DNA from: Schmidtea polychroa
Lineage: Eukaryota
Assembly (NCBI GenBank): GCA_044892525.1
Contig: CM097887.1
Location: 10,974,001 to 11,038,000, forward strand
DNA length: 64,000 bases
Direction of reading: 5' to 3'
The position numbers and the translations under genes are program-made. Under the pieces are notes generated by a model that saw nothing but the letters and a program-made list of their open reading frames with translations, did no database searches and was not told where the DNA came from. The number at the start of each line of letters is the position of its first letter. The first letter of the stretch is position 1. This document shows positions 20,291 to 32,399 of the stretch, piece by piece.

Positions 20291-21330
20291 CTATAATTTA
20301 TTTAAAGTACACAAAAATTTGGCTATTTTATACTGGACAGTGCCAATCATGGATAAAACAGGTCTCAAAGGCACGCCATCTTTATGTATTTTTGGAAGCC
20401 CATACATTTTTGCTGGTTGTGATCCCTTTGGGCGAATAGATTTAAACATCTCTTCATCAATTTGCTTATTTTTAATTAATTTATTCAGTATTTCTTTCAA
20501 CAAATTCCCATCCTTAAGAGGAGGCTGTATTCCATTTTTTTGAGAAATCTCTATTTTCACAAACTGGGGAGCGTTCAAAACCTCATTAAGCTTATTTACA
20601 TATAAATCGTGGTCAAGAATTACCAATCCGTTTCCTTTGTCAAACTTGCATATATTGATGTCTTTTTTAGCTAAATTTTTTAATACAGTAAAATCTTTAA
20701 TATTCTGCTTTTTATTTATATCAATATACTCCATCGTACTCGAACTCAACACACTCTTAATATTAATATTTATAATATTAATATTAGTATTAATATCCTT
20801 CATCGATCTAAGCATATGAAAGTATAAACTTTCAATCTTCACACATAATTTTGTTTCATCAATTCTTTTCTTAATGGAATGATTGGGACCAAATTTCAAA
20901 ATGTTATTCATTGAACCATATTGGTGAGCACAATAAGGGCTGTAAGATTAAAATAGGTATGTCTGATTTTAAAATTTTATAAAAAATTTCCATAATTATT
21001 GGGAACGTGTGATTTGTGAGGCGTTGTTGATAAAATCATTGAATCCAAAAATTAATGTGCAGAATTCAGTAAATACTTGTGTTTTGAGTGTTTTTAAATA
21101 AGTTTTTAAATAGGTTTTTATATTGTATGTATTGATTGTTGTATTAAATTAAATAATTAATAAAAAAATTTTAAATTATTAAATTAAATTTTAAATGTTA
21201 AAATTTAAAAAAAAATGTATTTTTTTATAAAATAAAAATATTTTTTATATATAATTAATAAATTTGTTTAAAATACTTAATTTAATGAGTTATTATATCC
21301 CACCTGATGATGACAGGAAAACTGTCGAAA
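20291..21330 (-). mobile_element. Penelope-like element fragment: RT N-terminal part (minus) with an inverted pseudo-LTR (plus) holding the GIY-YIG tail and a hammerhead-like core
   Basis: KFDKGNGLVILD...Y..K and YGLPKIHKDGVPLRPVLSMIGT..YKIAKFL (20291-20911, minus); ERVICEALLIKSLNPKINVQ (~21003-21063, plus); CTGATGA-TGACAG-GAAAA-CTGTC-GAAA (21304-21330). Confidence 0.75.
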
Positions 21331-21951
21331 TTTATCGTGAAAAGAAGGTTTGATTGGCGTTATCTTATAATTAAATCATTGCAATGTATGTTTAACTATT
21401 TATTCAAATTTCATTTAAATTTTGGATTTTAGCGCCTTTTGTTCGTGTAGCGCCCCGATGCTTTGCATCGTCTACATCATCGGTAAAGCCGTGCCTGGTG
21501 CTACCAATGATCGAGCAATGTACTGCATGTTTATTATTTTATGGGTTTTAGCAATTTTGAAGCAGATTATTTTTGTTGACAGAAATCCATTTAGGACACA
21601 TCTCCAACATTGCTTAACAGGGGGTGCTAAATTGTCAATTTAATGTCCTGTTATGACACAATATATTATATTGAAATAAACCTAATGTTGGACTACATTT
21701 CTATTAAAAATTAAAATCTATAATATTTTGAATTAAATAAATAACTTTTGACAAATATTCAGAATTATGATTTATAATTTATCCAGATGTAAATATTTGA
21801 AGTTTTATTTTTTAATTAATTTCCTATGGGAGATAGGTTAATTTTTTAGTTAACTTAATCATTTATAATTTTCGGTAAAATAAAGTTTTAATTATTTTGT
21901 AATTTTCTTTATTTTACAAATCTTTGTTTAAATAATTAATTTTCCTAAATT

Positions 21952-22341
21952 ATGGCTAATGTTTCTTCCCTTGATAAGCTTTTTCTCGATATTTTGGAAT
22001 CAGAAAACGAAATAGCCGAAAAAAGGAAAGCAAAATCTTCAAGTAATAATACGTTTTTATCTTATTAATATAATTGTTTTTAACTTTTAGGTCAAACAAA
22101 ACTCAAAGAGAAACAACAAAAGTTATATGAATGGATAAATCAAGAAAATGAAAACAACAAGCAGATTGAAATTGTTGTATGCAGTTTAATTGATGATTTT
22201 TATTATAATAGTTATAAAATTTAGAATTCTGAGATAATTAAAGTCGAATTACAAGTGAAAGAGAAAGATATTGAATTATGCAATAAAATAAAATTTAATA
22301 AATATCTTGAGGAAAAATTGAAAGAAAATATCGAAGAAAAG
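21952..22341 (+). CDS. First three exons of a coiled-coil protein gene (possibly CCDC172-like); continuation unclear
   Basis: Exons 21952-22042, 22091-22176, 22225-22341 joined by two 48-nt GT-AG introns give MANVSSLDKLFLDILESENEIAEKRKAKSSSQTKLKEKQQKLYEW...EEK without stops. Confidence 0.6.
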
Positions 22342-22687
22342 GTTAGAATAATCTCAATTGTGCTACATAGTAATGTTTAATATTTTTATTTAATATAAAA
22401 GTTTTGACAAAGTTTCATGGCAGTGTAAATGTAAATGATCTCCAATTAAATATTTTACCATCTCAGAATGGTAACTAGTGAAATTAATTTTGTAAATTAG
22501 ACGTGTGATCAATTGAACTGTGGAGTTCATTATTTATTTTAATGTTTTTAATTTAATAAGAATTTTTAAAAACACGGTGGAATTATTTAGAATAAAAGTA
22601 ATATATTTTTCATAAACACAAACATTTCAATGGATTTGTCAATGTGGAACAGTTGTGAAATAAGAATATTCTTCATAATCACACATG

Positions 22688-23513
22688 TCCAATACAATCA
22701 CTAATATATCCAATACAATCACCAATATATCCAATACAATCACCAATATATCCAATACAATCACCAATATATCCAATACAATCACCAATATATCCAATAC
22801 AATCACCAATATATCCAATACAATCACTAATATGTCCAATACAATCACTAATATATCAAATACAATCACTAATATATCCAATACAATCACATATATCCAA
22901 TACAATCACTAATATGTCCAATACAATCACTAATATATCAAATACAATCACTAATATATCCAATACAATCACTAATATATCCAATACAATCACTAATATG
23001 TCCAATACAATCACTAATATATCCAATACAATCACCAATATATCCAATACAATCACCAATATATCCAATACAATCACTAATATGTCCAATACAATCACTA
23101 ATATATCCAATACAATCACCAATATATCCAATACAATCACCAATATATCCAATACAATCACCAATATATCCAATACAATCACCAATATATCCAATACAAT
23201 CACCAATATATCCAATACAATCACTAATATGTCCAATACAATCACTAATATATCCAATACAATCACCAATATATCCAATACAATCACCAATATATCCAAT
23301 ACAATCACTAATATGTCCAATACAATCACTAATATATCCAATACAATCACCAATATATCCAATACAATCACCAATATATCCAATACAATCACCAATATAT
23401 CCAATACAATCACCAATATATCCAATACAATCACCAATATATCCAATACAATCACTAATATGTCCAATACAATCACTAATATATCAAATACAATCACTAA
23501 TATATCCAATACA
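22688..23513. repeat. 21-bp minisatellite, ~39 units (TCCAATACAATCACYAATATR)
   Basis: Directly visible tandem array; one 19-bp unit near 22890. Confidence 0.97.
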
Positions 23514-25073
23514 AAATTGACATCAATAATTAAATTCCGAAAATATCTCCAGGTACATTGAAATATTGTAAAACCATTAGCTTGGAATACGAATATTTGC
23601 ACGAAATAATTGTTGATGAGTTGTTGACCTCAAATTACGATCCACATCATCGATTATATTCAAAAAAGCTTGATTCGGTTATTGATAAATTCAAAAATGA
23701 GAGTAAAAGTGTTATATTGAAAGGGTTATATTGAATGGATATTTTTGCTTCTAAAATGTTACAGTTTAAGTAGTAAGAAAATGCAACAATGAAATATCCT
23801 AAATCTAACCCTAACAGTAGTATATAATGAGCAGTATGTCCTGTCGCATATGGGGGTCTTAAAAAAATTTTTTATGAGGTATTTGACCAAATATCCCAGA
23901 ACTGCCTAGAACAATGATTCTTAAGTCTAATATCTGATTCGACATACTGCTCCTTCTACACTACTAATTTCCTTACCTTGATTGTTTGTACCACATTTTC
24001 GGAATGCTAAAAATTCTAATGAAAAACAATCAAAAATTCAAATGATTTCTGAAGTTAACTGTTGGGTGAATCGTGTGAGTAATGAATAAGAGCTTAGAGG
24101 AAACCTAAATAAAATGATTACAATGAATTAAAATAAATCTAGAGTAGTTATGAATAATAGGCTAAAACGAGAGACCATATAACATATAAACCGCCTGAAC
24201 GTATGTAAATTTAACGAAAAAGATCAACCATAACAAAAAGAAAACAAAAACAATAAATTGATACGCGCAAGCAGTTGCACAAGAAACATTTTAATACAGG
24301 AAAAAAACAAATTTCGCCAAAAATACACAAAACAGCAAAAAATATCAGATTATCCAAGGTGTGAGATTGATATAAAAATGCGATCGCTCAATCAATCAGG
24401 AAAATAGAAAAATAAAAGTAAAAACCAACAATTAAGACAAAAAATGAAATGGACCAACCAAATCGATTAGAATTTAAATCAAAAATTTAAAAATTAAACT
24501 TATCGAAATGCTTAGGCGCAGTCGATACGGATTGGTTGTGCAAACCAATAAAAAATTACTTTTACAAAATTTTGGCTTTTGCTATCTTTACAAAACACTT
24601 CAAATTTTCATTTATATGTATTTTAATTGTTTCATTTCATTTTTCTGTAGTGCTCACAAGAAAAATATTACTTTTAACATTCATAATTCGTATATTTTTT
24701 CTTTTATTATTATGCATATTTTTATATTTTTCGTGAAGCAAGTCTCAAAAAATCTATCTACTTATATATTTTTGACATTAAGATGACGCCTCATGAGATT
24801 ATAAGGTAGAGGCTCACAAGAGTTTCCTTGCCTAATCTCGCGAGATGTCGTTTTAATGTCCCGTCAGACATGTCACAATCGAAATGCCACGCACCTCCAC
24901 TATGTTTTATAGTTGTAAATTCAGCGATTTGATAATAAACTAAAAGTATAGTACTAAAACCTAACAGGGTACGATAAGTTGAATGTTTCCACAATAGCTG
25001 TAGTCAGCTATTCGGGCCTATAGAGTTGACAAATTAGCATAATCTGAATGATCATCTGTTATATCTCTCCCGA

Positions 25074-25076
<3 letters not shown>

Positions 25077-25163
<87 letters not shown>
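25077..25163. repeat. (AT)n microsatellite
   Basis: Perfect AT run. Confidence 0.98.
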
Positions 25164-25166
<3 letters not shown>

Positions 25167-25709
25167 GTTCCCTATAAATCCAAAATTCTGACATGAAAAG
25201 TTGAGTTATGTTGAGTTATTTAAAGATTAATATGAACTAGTTGCGGAAGTAATAATGCGTAAAATTATTTGTCTATTAATATTATAATTGCAATAATATA
25301 TAGATCGATAAAAATATATAATGGTATTGATTGATGACAAACAAACGTACGTTTTATGACTATAATAATTTAAAACTAAAATAATTAAATATTGCAATTT
25401 ATAATTTCTCGATTTAATATAGTTAATATTATTGTTATGTTGTATGGTATTTGTTAGTTTCGTAGTTTTGTTGTTTAATAAGAAAATTGATGTGCCCGAA
25501 AGAGTCTCCGTTAAAACTTGTGGCGGGACAATCCGGGTGCAGACTGTGTTTTGTAATGCGACAATAATAAGTAAAAAAAATATAATTAATATTTAACAAT
25601 AGTGATTATAGTGTCACAACTTTTATTAAACAAAACAAAAATAATACTACTTGGATCAACTAGTTATAGTAGGTACTGGGTAAAAGAATTTTCGGTTTAT
25701 ATTGAAACC

Positions 25710-26030
25710 TATATTTTCTGTATTAGGACTTCAATCTTTCGAACCTTCTTAATTAGAGAAATCTGAAATTTTATATTAGAACCTGAATCTCTCGAATCTT
25801 CTTAATTTGAGGGGAAATCTGGTTTTTCTATATTAGAATAAGAATCTTTTGAATCTTCTTAATTGGAGTTGAAATCTGAATTTATATTAGAATCAGAATA
25901 TTCTGTATCTTCCTAATTAGAGTTGGGATCCGAATTTTCTATATTAAAATCAGAATCTTTTGTATCTTCCTAATTAGAGTTGGGATCCGAATTTTCTATA
26001 TTAGAATCAAAATCTTTTGAATCTTCTTAG
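25710..26030. repeat. Degenerate ~54-57-bp minisatellite, ~6 units
   Basis: Recurring tcttc(c/t)taatt(a/g)gag...atc(c/t)gaattt(t)ctatattagaatc; two near-identical 57-bp units near 25905-26020. Confidence 0.85.
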
Positions 26031-28044
26031 AGCAGAAATCCGAGATTATCAAATTTTTTGATTTAGCTTAATTTTTTAATTCCATTAATTTCGATTTTTA
26101 AATTTTGTAATTTTTCCTATAGTGATAATTTACTATGGTAAATTATCACTATATAGTTTGTTTTTTTTTCAAAAATAAAATAAAAAACCTCCACGTGCAA
26201 CGTGCAGAATTGTTATTTGCATTCATACCATACGATTACCAAAACCAAAAAAAATAAAGAATTACAATACATTACAATTATTAAAAAATATCGTTTCTAT
26301 TTTCCGACATTGTTTTTTTGGATTTCTATAAATAAAAATATTTCAATAAATAAAAATAAATTAATTATAAAAATTTAATCTTAATTTCAAATTTTCGGAA
26401 AAAATTGCTAAAAATCTGAATGTAATGTATAAACTGAATTTGTAGGTCAGACTTGATAAAACTTGTTATTATCAGCGTGATATGATGATTAGAATTTTAT
26501 TTACCATACTTAATACAAGTTTTTTTAAAAGATGTTATTATTTCAGACATGATCATATAGAGTTTAAGATGTTTTAATAAATCATTATTACCAGCTTGTA
26601 GATGTTATAATATTGATTATGTACATCATAAGTGTTCAAAATTTAAAAAAAGCAACATAAAAATATTTTTTTTGTAAATCGCTATCAATTTGTTGAGGAG
26701 ATTGTTAAGAATCTAAATAACTATAAATCTTTGAAATCCATCAAAAAGATTTACAACAAATCAAAAAGGTGAAGAGGTATAACAAAATTTGGTAAGGGGT
26801 TAGGGGGTCCTTGGCGTTCCGCCTCAGCGTTGAGCTTTCTAATTCATGAACTCCGCGTGCAATTAAAATACCTGTAGCTCTGTAACCATATGAGATTGAT
26901 AGAAAAATTAGCATAAAATAGAAACATTTTTAATTGTTGTTAATTTTTAACATGTCCATTTTCATTGCTAATACAAAGGAATATGCGATTCTGTAATTTT
27001 CTGTAGACATATTCGACTAAATTTTCAGAAATGCCAGCGATTATATAAGTTATTCTATCTTGCAGATTTTTTGAAAAACCAATAAACTAGATTGATCACG
27101 TTTTCTAATATTAAAATAATTCTTAACATGGGGTGCGAGAGAAGTTTCTAAATTTCTGATGGAAACTCTCATCTGTGAGAAACTAGCGAACGCTACGTCG
27201 ACTTTTGATATATCCTCTCTATCCTTGCCTCAGTCCATCGCATTTGCCAGTACATATAGTTCAACCAATAAATAAAATCAACAATTATCATTATCTTAAA
27301 ATGTAATTTTTAAAAATAATATAAACATACATCAAGGAAGGTTCCGATCATTCGAATAACCTCTTTAAGATTAACTTGCAAAAGCTGTTGTATTAATTTT
27401 GGGAAATTATTATGTTTCTAATACGTATCAGATGTAATGCCAATTTCAAGGTTTAATGTATAAATGGCTTGTTTCTGTTCTTTTTTTGCATGATTCCATA
27501 AAAATGCAGCATATTGTATTTAATTTTCCAGTTTTTGGTGTTATCTTTAATGAAAAAGTTGGATTTCATATTTTTTTTCAAAATACTGATGAATCCGACG
27601 GTGGAAAGGCTTTATATGGCTGTCTTTATTAAAATCAAAACCGAGTAGAAATAATAGCACTTCTTCAGCGTTGAGCGCGGTAAAAATTATTTTTTCAATG
27701 ACACTCAATATAAGGTTTTTCATTCAATATTGTCATAAATTAATAATTTATATATATTTGTTATTCGATAATCATTTTATTATTCAATATATTTAAATTG
27801 ATACAATATATTAATTAATAATTTAACTACCGATTTCTTCCATTAACCACTTGCGCTATGATTTAATTTTCGGTAGCTGAGCCGCGCTCTACTATATAAA
27901 GTATCGTAAGGCATCGACGCCTCACCGCGTCAGCGAGCTCAGAGGTTTGACCAGTGCTTAGCGTGAGGGTAGGGTCTTACATAAAAGATTTACATGAATA
28001 TAAATAATTATTCACAACAACAATAAATTTTATTAATCAATAAT

Positions 28045-29749
28045 CTACTTTTGTATGATAATTTTTAAAACAAATGGGAATATGTAATGCCACAAGGCAT
28101 TTCTTGCACTCCAAAGTAGTCTCGCTTCGTTTTTTATGTTTGGCGCAAACTTTACACCGTCTTTGGGGATTTTTTTAGCGTCTGTGGGTGAAATCTTCCT
28201 TGGAAAGTGGCCCCATTGTTTCGATTGTAACCGAAGTGGTGTATCACCAACAGATAGCCTTCCGCACTCTCTGTACTCAGGAATACATAAACTTTCTAAA
28301 ATCTGTTCTGCCACATCTAATCGAAATTTTGAACACGTGTATTTTTTGCTTTTTGGCATATTTGATGTCTTCAAAAATTAAACATAAGCATTAGAAAGTG
28401 TCATGTCCATTAGGTAATAAAATATTTTTTTGTAAATTTATATATTTTCTCATAATTGAGAAAGAAGATAAGTGGCTATCTTGGTGATCTACCCCACCCA
28501 TGCCCTCATTATATTCCAACACGATATTGGGCTTCCTAACCGCGATATTATTTTTCCATCTATTTTTCTCCATTTCCAACATTTCAATTGTTTTATGTTT
28601 CGTGGACAATAAATATATATCCTTCTTGTCCTTCCACTTTGCAGCTTAAATACCTTTGCATGATCTTGAAATTGCTTCTGATTTTTTCAGCTTTATCGTT
28701 GCGAGCTCTTTCGGCATATTATTTCTATTGTATCTTACTGTCCCTATGGTATTGATTTGCATGGATTGCAAATTTTGATACAAATTTGGCGAAGAATACC
28801 AGTTATCCATAAATAAGGTGTGGCCGAAAATAGCTATGGGTGTGCACATAAACATGGTAACATTTTCGGAAGCACTGGTGATTGAATTTTCCACTTTATC
28901 TTGGCCTGTGTATATTTTAAATTTTATACAATACCCTGATTTCGACTTGCACAACTTATAAAACTTTACTCCAAAACGTGCCCTCTTTTATGGATTGTAC
29001 TGTTTATATGACATTCGACCTGTATATTTCATGAGAGACTCGTCTAATGACAATTGTTCTTCGGGAATATAAATATTTATAAATTTTTCATTAAGGTAAT
29101 CGATTATAACTCGTAATTTGCATAAACGATCTTCTTCATTAGATACAACTTCATTATTTGAAAAGTGTAAAAAACGGGAGAGTTGTGCAAATCTCCGCAA
29201 CGGCATTGTTTTAGGGAAAATACCAGTCTCAATAATACTTCTTGACCAATAGGATTGAACATTCGCCTTTTTTACTTGTGCCATCAAGATGCATAACGCA
29301 AAATATGTCTGAATTTCATCTATATTTGTATCTCCAAAATTCTTCGGATTTTTTTAATTTTTGGGTTACATCTCCAATTGTTTGACACGCGTAGCGATTG
29401 CTTTCTGTAACAATGATGTTCCAAAAGTCTTTTTATAAAAATTTGTTAAGCATTTCCAAAGCTGTGAATGGATCTCCTACTTCTGTGGCCATTCCAGGAA
29501 CCCTTGAGTACTGCCAAATTTTGCATTCATTTTCCTTATTTTCCCATGTCCCTTCATCAGATGTAAAACTTCACGGTTTTCAATTTCACTTTCTTCTTCA
29601 CTGTCAGATACTATAATTCTGCACCGATTCCGAACAGGACAAACAATTTCTTCACAGTTGCTATCTGTATCACTATCAGACGGAATAACTAGACGCTTTC
29701 TTTTTGTACTTGTTGAAGCAACATTGCTGAGATTCTTGTTATTATTCAT
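28045..29749 (-). mobile_element. Degraded piggyBac (PGBD4-like) transposase
   Basis: LSLDESLM, YKQYNP.KRARFGVK, LFMDNWYSSP, GTVRYNR..MP, WKDKK, MGGVDHQD and a C-terminal Cys-rich RRCKVC...C..C...CF; several stops and frameshifts; TIRs not resolved. Confidence 0.9.
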
Positions 29750-31712
29750 TTTATAATATGGGTTAATGAGACTAAAATAAAAAATATATTATTTTTTTAG
29801 CATTATAATAAAATAAAAACTGCTAACTGCAAACCACAAGCATTTCCTTGTAAAAAATCAGTACAACATACCTTATCTATTTAGAAATATTCCTTATATC
29901 GATAATTCTACGCGATGTGAACTAGTTTTATAATTGCAGTTAATGACGTTCCGCCTGTCAGCCGACGTTGCAAACATGTCGTTTTTGTTTTTGCGACAAA
30001 TATTATCGACGTGGTATACACGTCACTTGCAGTTCTGAAAAAAATCATATTACAGTCCAAAGAGAAAGATTTCGATGAAACTCTCAATTGTTTCTTTAAC
30101 AACCAATGATCTTCCTCAAACTCTCCTAATCAAAAAGGATATCGTATTTATTGAAATTCTTAACACCCAATTTGCCCCATGATCTAATATTGAAGTTCGT
30201 TCAAATTTCTAGAACAATCTTCGTCCTAAATTTATCGAATAACATTTTTAAAATGATTAGTTTCGCTCTAAATTAATAACCTATTCACTTTTAAAATATC
30301 GAGATTTAGAAAAAGTTTAATCGATTTAATTTTTAATTTCCATTTTGGACTAATTTGCGATAAATGTTCTAGAGTCTTTCAAATTCTAAGCTTTTAACTT
30401 TTCCAATGATGTTTGCAATTTCATCAAATTGAATTTTATGTAATTTAGAATTAGCCTTTGGAATTAATTATTTTCCATTAAAAGCGACTTCATGGAATTA
30501 TTATTGATGGCATCGGAATGGCTTTTAATTTCTTAACTGCTTCCTTTGTTAGCATTCACCCAACTGCTATTTATAATGCAGGGTAAATAATTTATTCATA
30601 AGGCTTCTTTTTTGGGGTTTAATTAAAAATAAAATTAAAATCAGTTCATTTAAACATATAATTAAAATGATTAAAAAACTATTTCGTTTGTATTATTTGA
30701 CTTATGTAAGTGTCACTAATAAAATTAAATTTTTTCTTAAAATAAAAAAAGAGCATTTAAACAACTAATCAAAAAATCATTTCATTTAAACTAAAAAATC
30801 ATCCCTCAAATTTTTTTAATTTTAGTGGGTTTTAATCAATCGTGATTTGGTATTCTGCTTAAGTGCCACTAAAAAAGAGTGGAATTGACATGTATATGAC
30901 GGAGACACACCTACCAATTTTAAAAATGATCAAAATGTCGAAATAAACGCTTGCCTATTATAAACAAATTATTATTTTATGAGGAATCGAAATCTATCAA
31001 CCAAATAAATAATAAAGTACTAAACGACTGAAAGCCCACAAACAGACTTAGTTTATTGATACATTTGGGTAGTTTGACTGACCCATATCTGACTGACTGG
31101 GCTGAATGGACATTCCATAAGACTGATTCCATCAAACTATAAAACAGAAAAGAATAAATACAAAAAGTTTAAACTGTGCGTAAAGCAACTAAGGGACAAC
31201 ATAAACTGAACAAGGGGTGAGTAACAAACAAATCCACAAAACACTCCTCAGTTTAAAAGGAAATGATAAAAGTCGTGCATCTGTCTTATATATGTTTGAA
31301 CTGGATTAAGTAGGTGGGCTAATATGTAGCCTGTGAAAAAATATGGGTAAACCTCCAATTTAATCTGGAGATAGAAATATCGAAAGGGCGCTTGATAATT
31401 TTTCTGGATATTCCTTTGAAGCCTTCTTCAATATTAATTTGATAGTATAAATGATCTGTTAATTAACAAGAAATACGTAAAGAAATCATCTTTGAACTTA
31501 AATTTAGTCTATCCCAACTAGTTACAGACATAACGTACCAAAACGCAGGACTCCCATAAATAGCTAAATAGTAATTTTGATAGGGCTCTACTGAATCTGA
31601 CCCTATGAATAAATTCTTGTTCTCAACATTATTTAATTTGCCTGTTTATTTTAAGACTTCAAATAGCTATTCGCAATATATAATTTTTCAATTAACTATA
31701 AAAATATTTTAG

Positions 31713-31875
31713 GCCAAACTCAAATCAAATTTAAAGACTAATTTATCTCGACTAAATTCTGAAACTTATAATTTCGGGACCATTTATAGATATCAAGAAT
31801 TACGCAAGCGCCTAGAGTTACATGAAGCTAATATGAAACGATTAGACAAGTTGGAGAAGAGTATTCTTGATTATG
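31713..31875 (+). CDS. Isolated coding exon of an unidentified (coiled-coil-like) host gene
   Basis: ttttag acceptor, 54 open codons (AKLKSNLKTNLSRLNSETYNFGTIYRYQELRKRLELHEANMKRLDKLEKSILDY), gtaaat donor. Confidence 0.4.
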
Positions 31876-32346
31876 GTAAATAATTTTCAACTTCCATGAT
31901 AATTATCGCATTTTAATTTCCCAAAATTCAAAATCTAGACTAAGTATTTCATTAGGGAAATTTTTTCCAGTGTTTCAAAATTAAATTATTTTTAAATAAA
32001 TGAAATAAATAAGCTGTCGTAGTTTGCTCTTTCTTGATTGGTGAAGGACTTTCTTTGACCTTTTTATTTGTATTAACAAAAACCCGAATAAATAAACAAA
32101 TGAATTTTTTTATAATAATAGTATAAATGTTTTTTTTTATTAACATAAATCCAATTTTTAGTTTTTCATATTTGATTAATTCACTACATCAACCCCCATC
32201 CCGGGTAACCATATATGTGTATTTATTTATAATTGGTCAATTCTGAATCGCATTTTGGATTGAATTTTTGAATGTTGTAAACTTGGTGAATTGATTTTTA
32301 ATTGATTTGTGGTTATGGTTAGAAAAGAAAAGAAAGTTAAAGTTTT

Positions 32347-32389
32347 ATGTCCGTTCAAAATTTGCAAACGTTTGATCCTTTTGCTGAAA
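32347..32389 (+). pseudogene. eIF1/SUI1-like N-terminal fragment truncated by Gypsy sequence
   Basis: MSVQNLQTFDPFAE resembles the animal eIF1 N-terminus (MSAIQNLHSFDPFAD); only 14 codons. Confidence 0.35.
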
Positions 32390-32399
32390 GTGAAGATAG

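Noticed and set aside
22639-23602. Minus-strand (VIVLDIL)n ORFs, or the array as a CRISPR
   Set aside because: Antisense product of the 21-bp minisatellite; there are no unique spacers and the context is eukaryotic.
26780-27960. GC-rich motifs (CAGCGTTGAGC, CGTTCCGCCT) as TIRs of the 28045-29749 piggyBac
   Set aside because: No convincing inverted pair with TTAA flanks could be matched.
31030-31640. Possible 3' fragment of a non-LTR retrotransposon (YGSPAFW-like peptide, minus strand)
   Set aside because: Too degraded to support by eye; needs a profile search.
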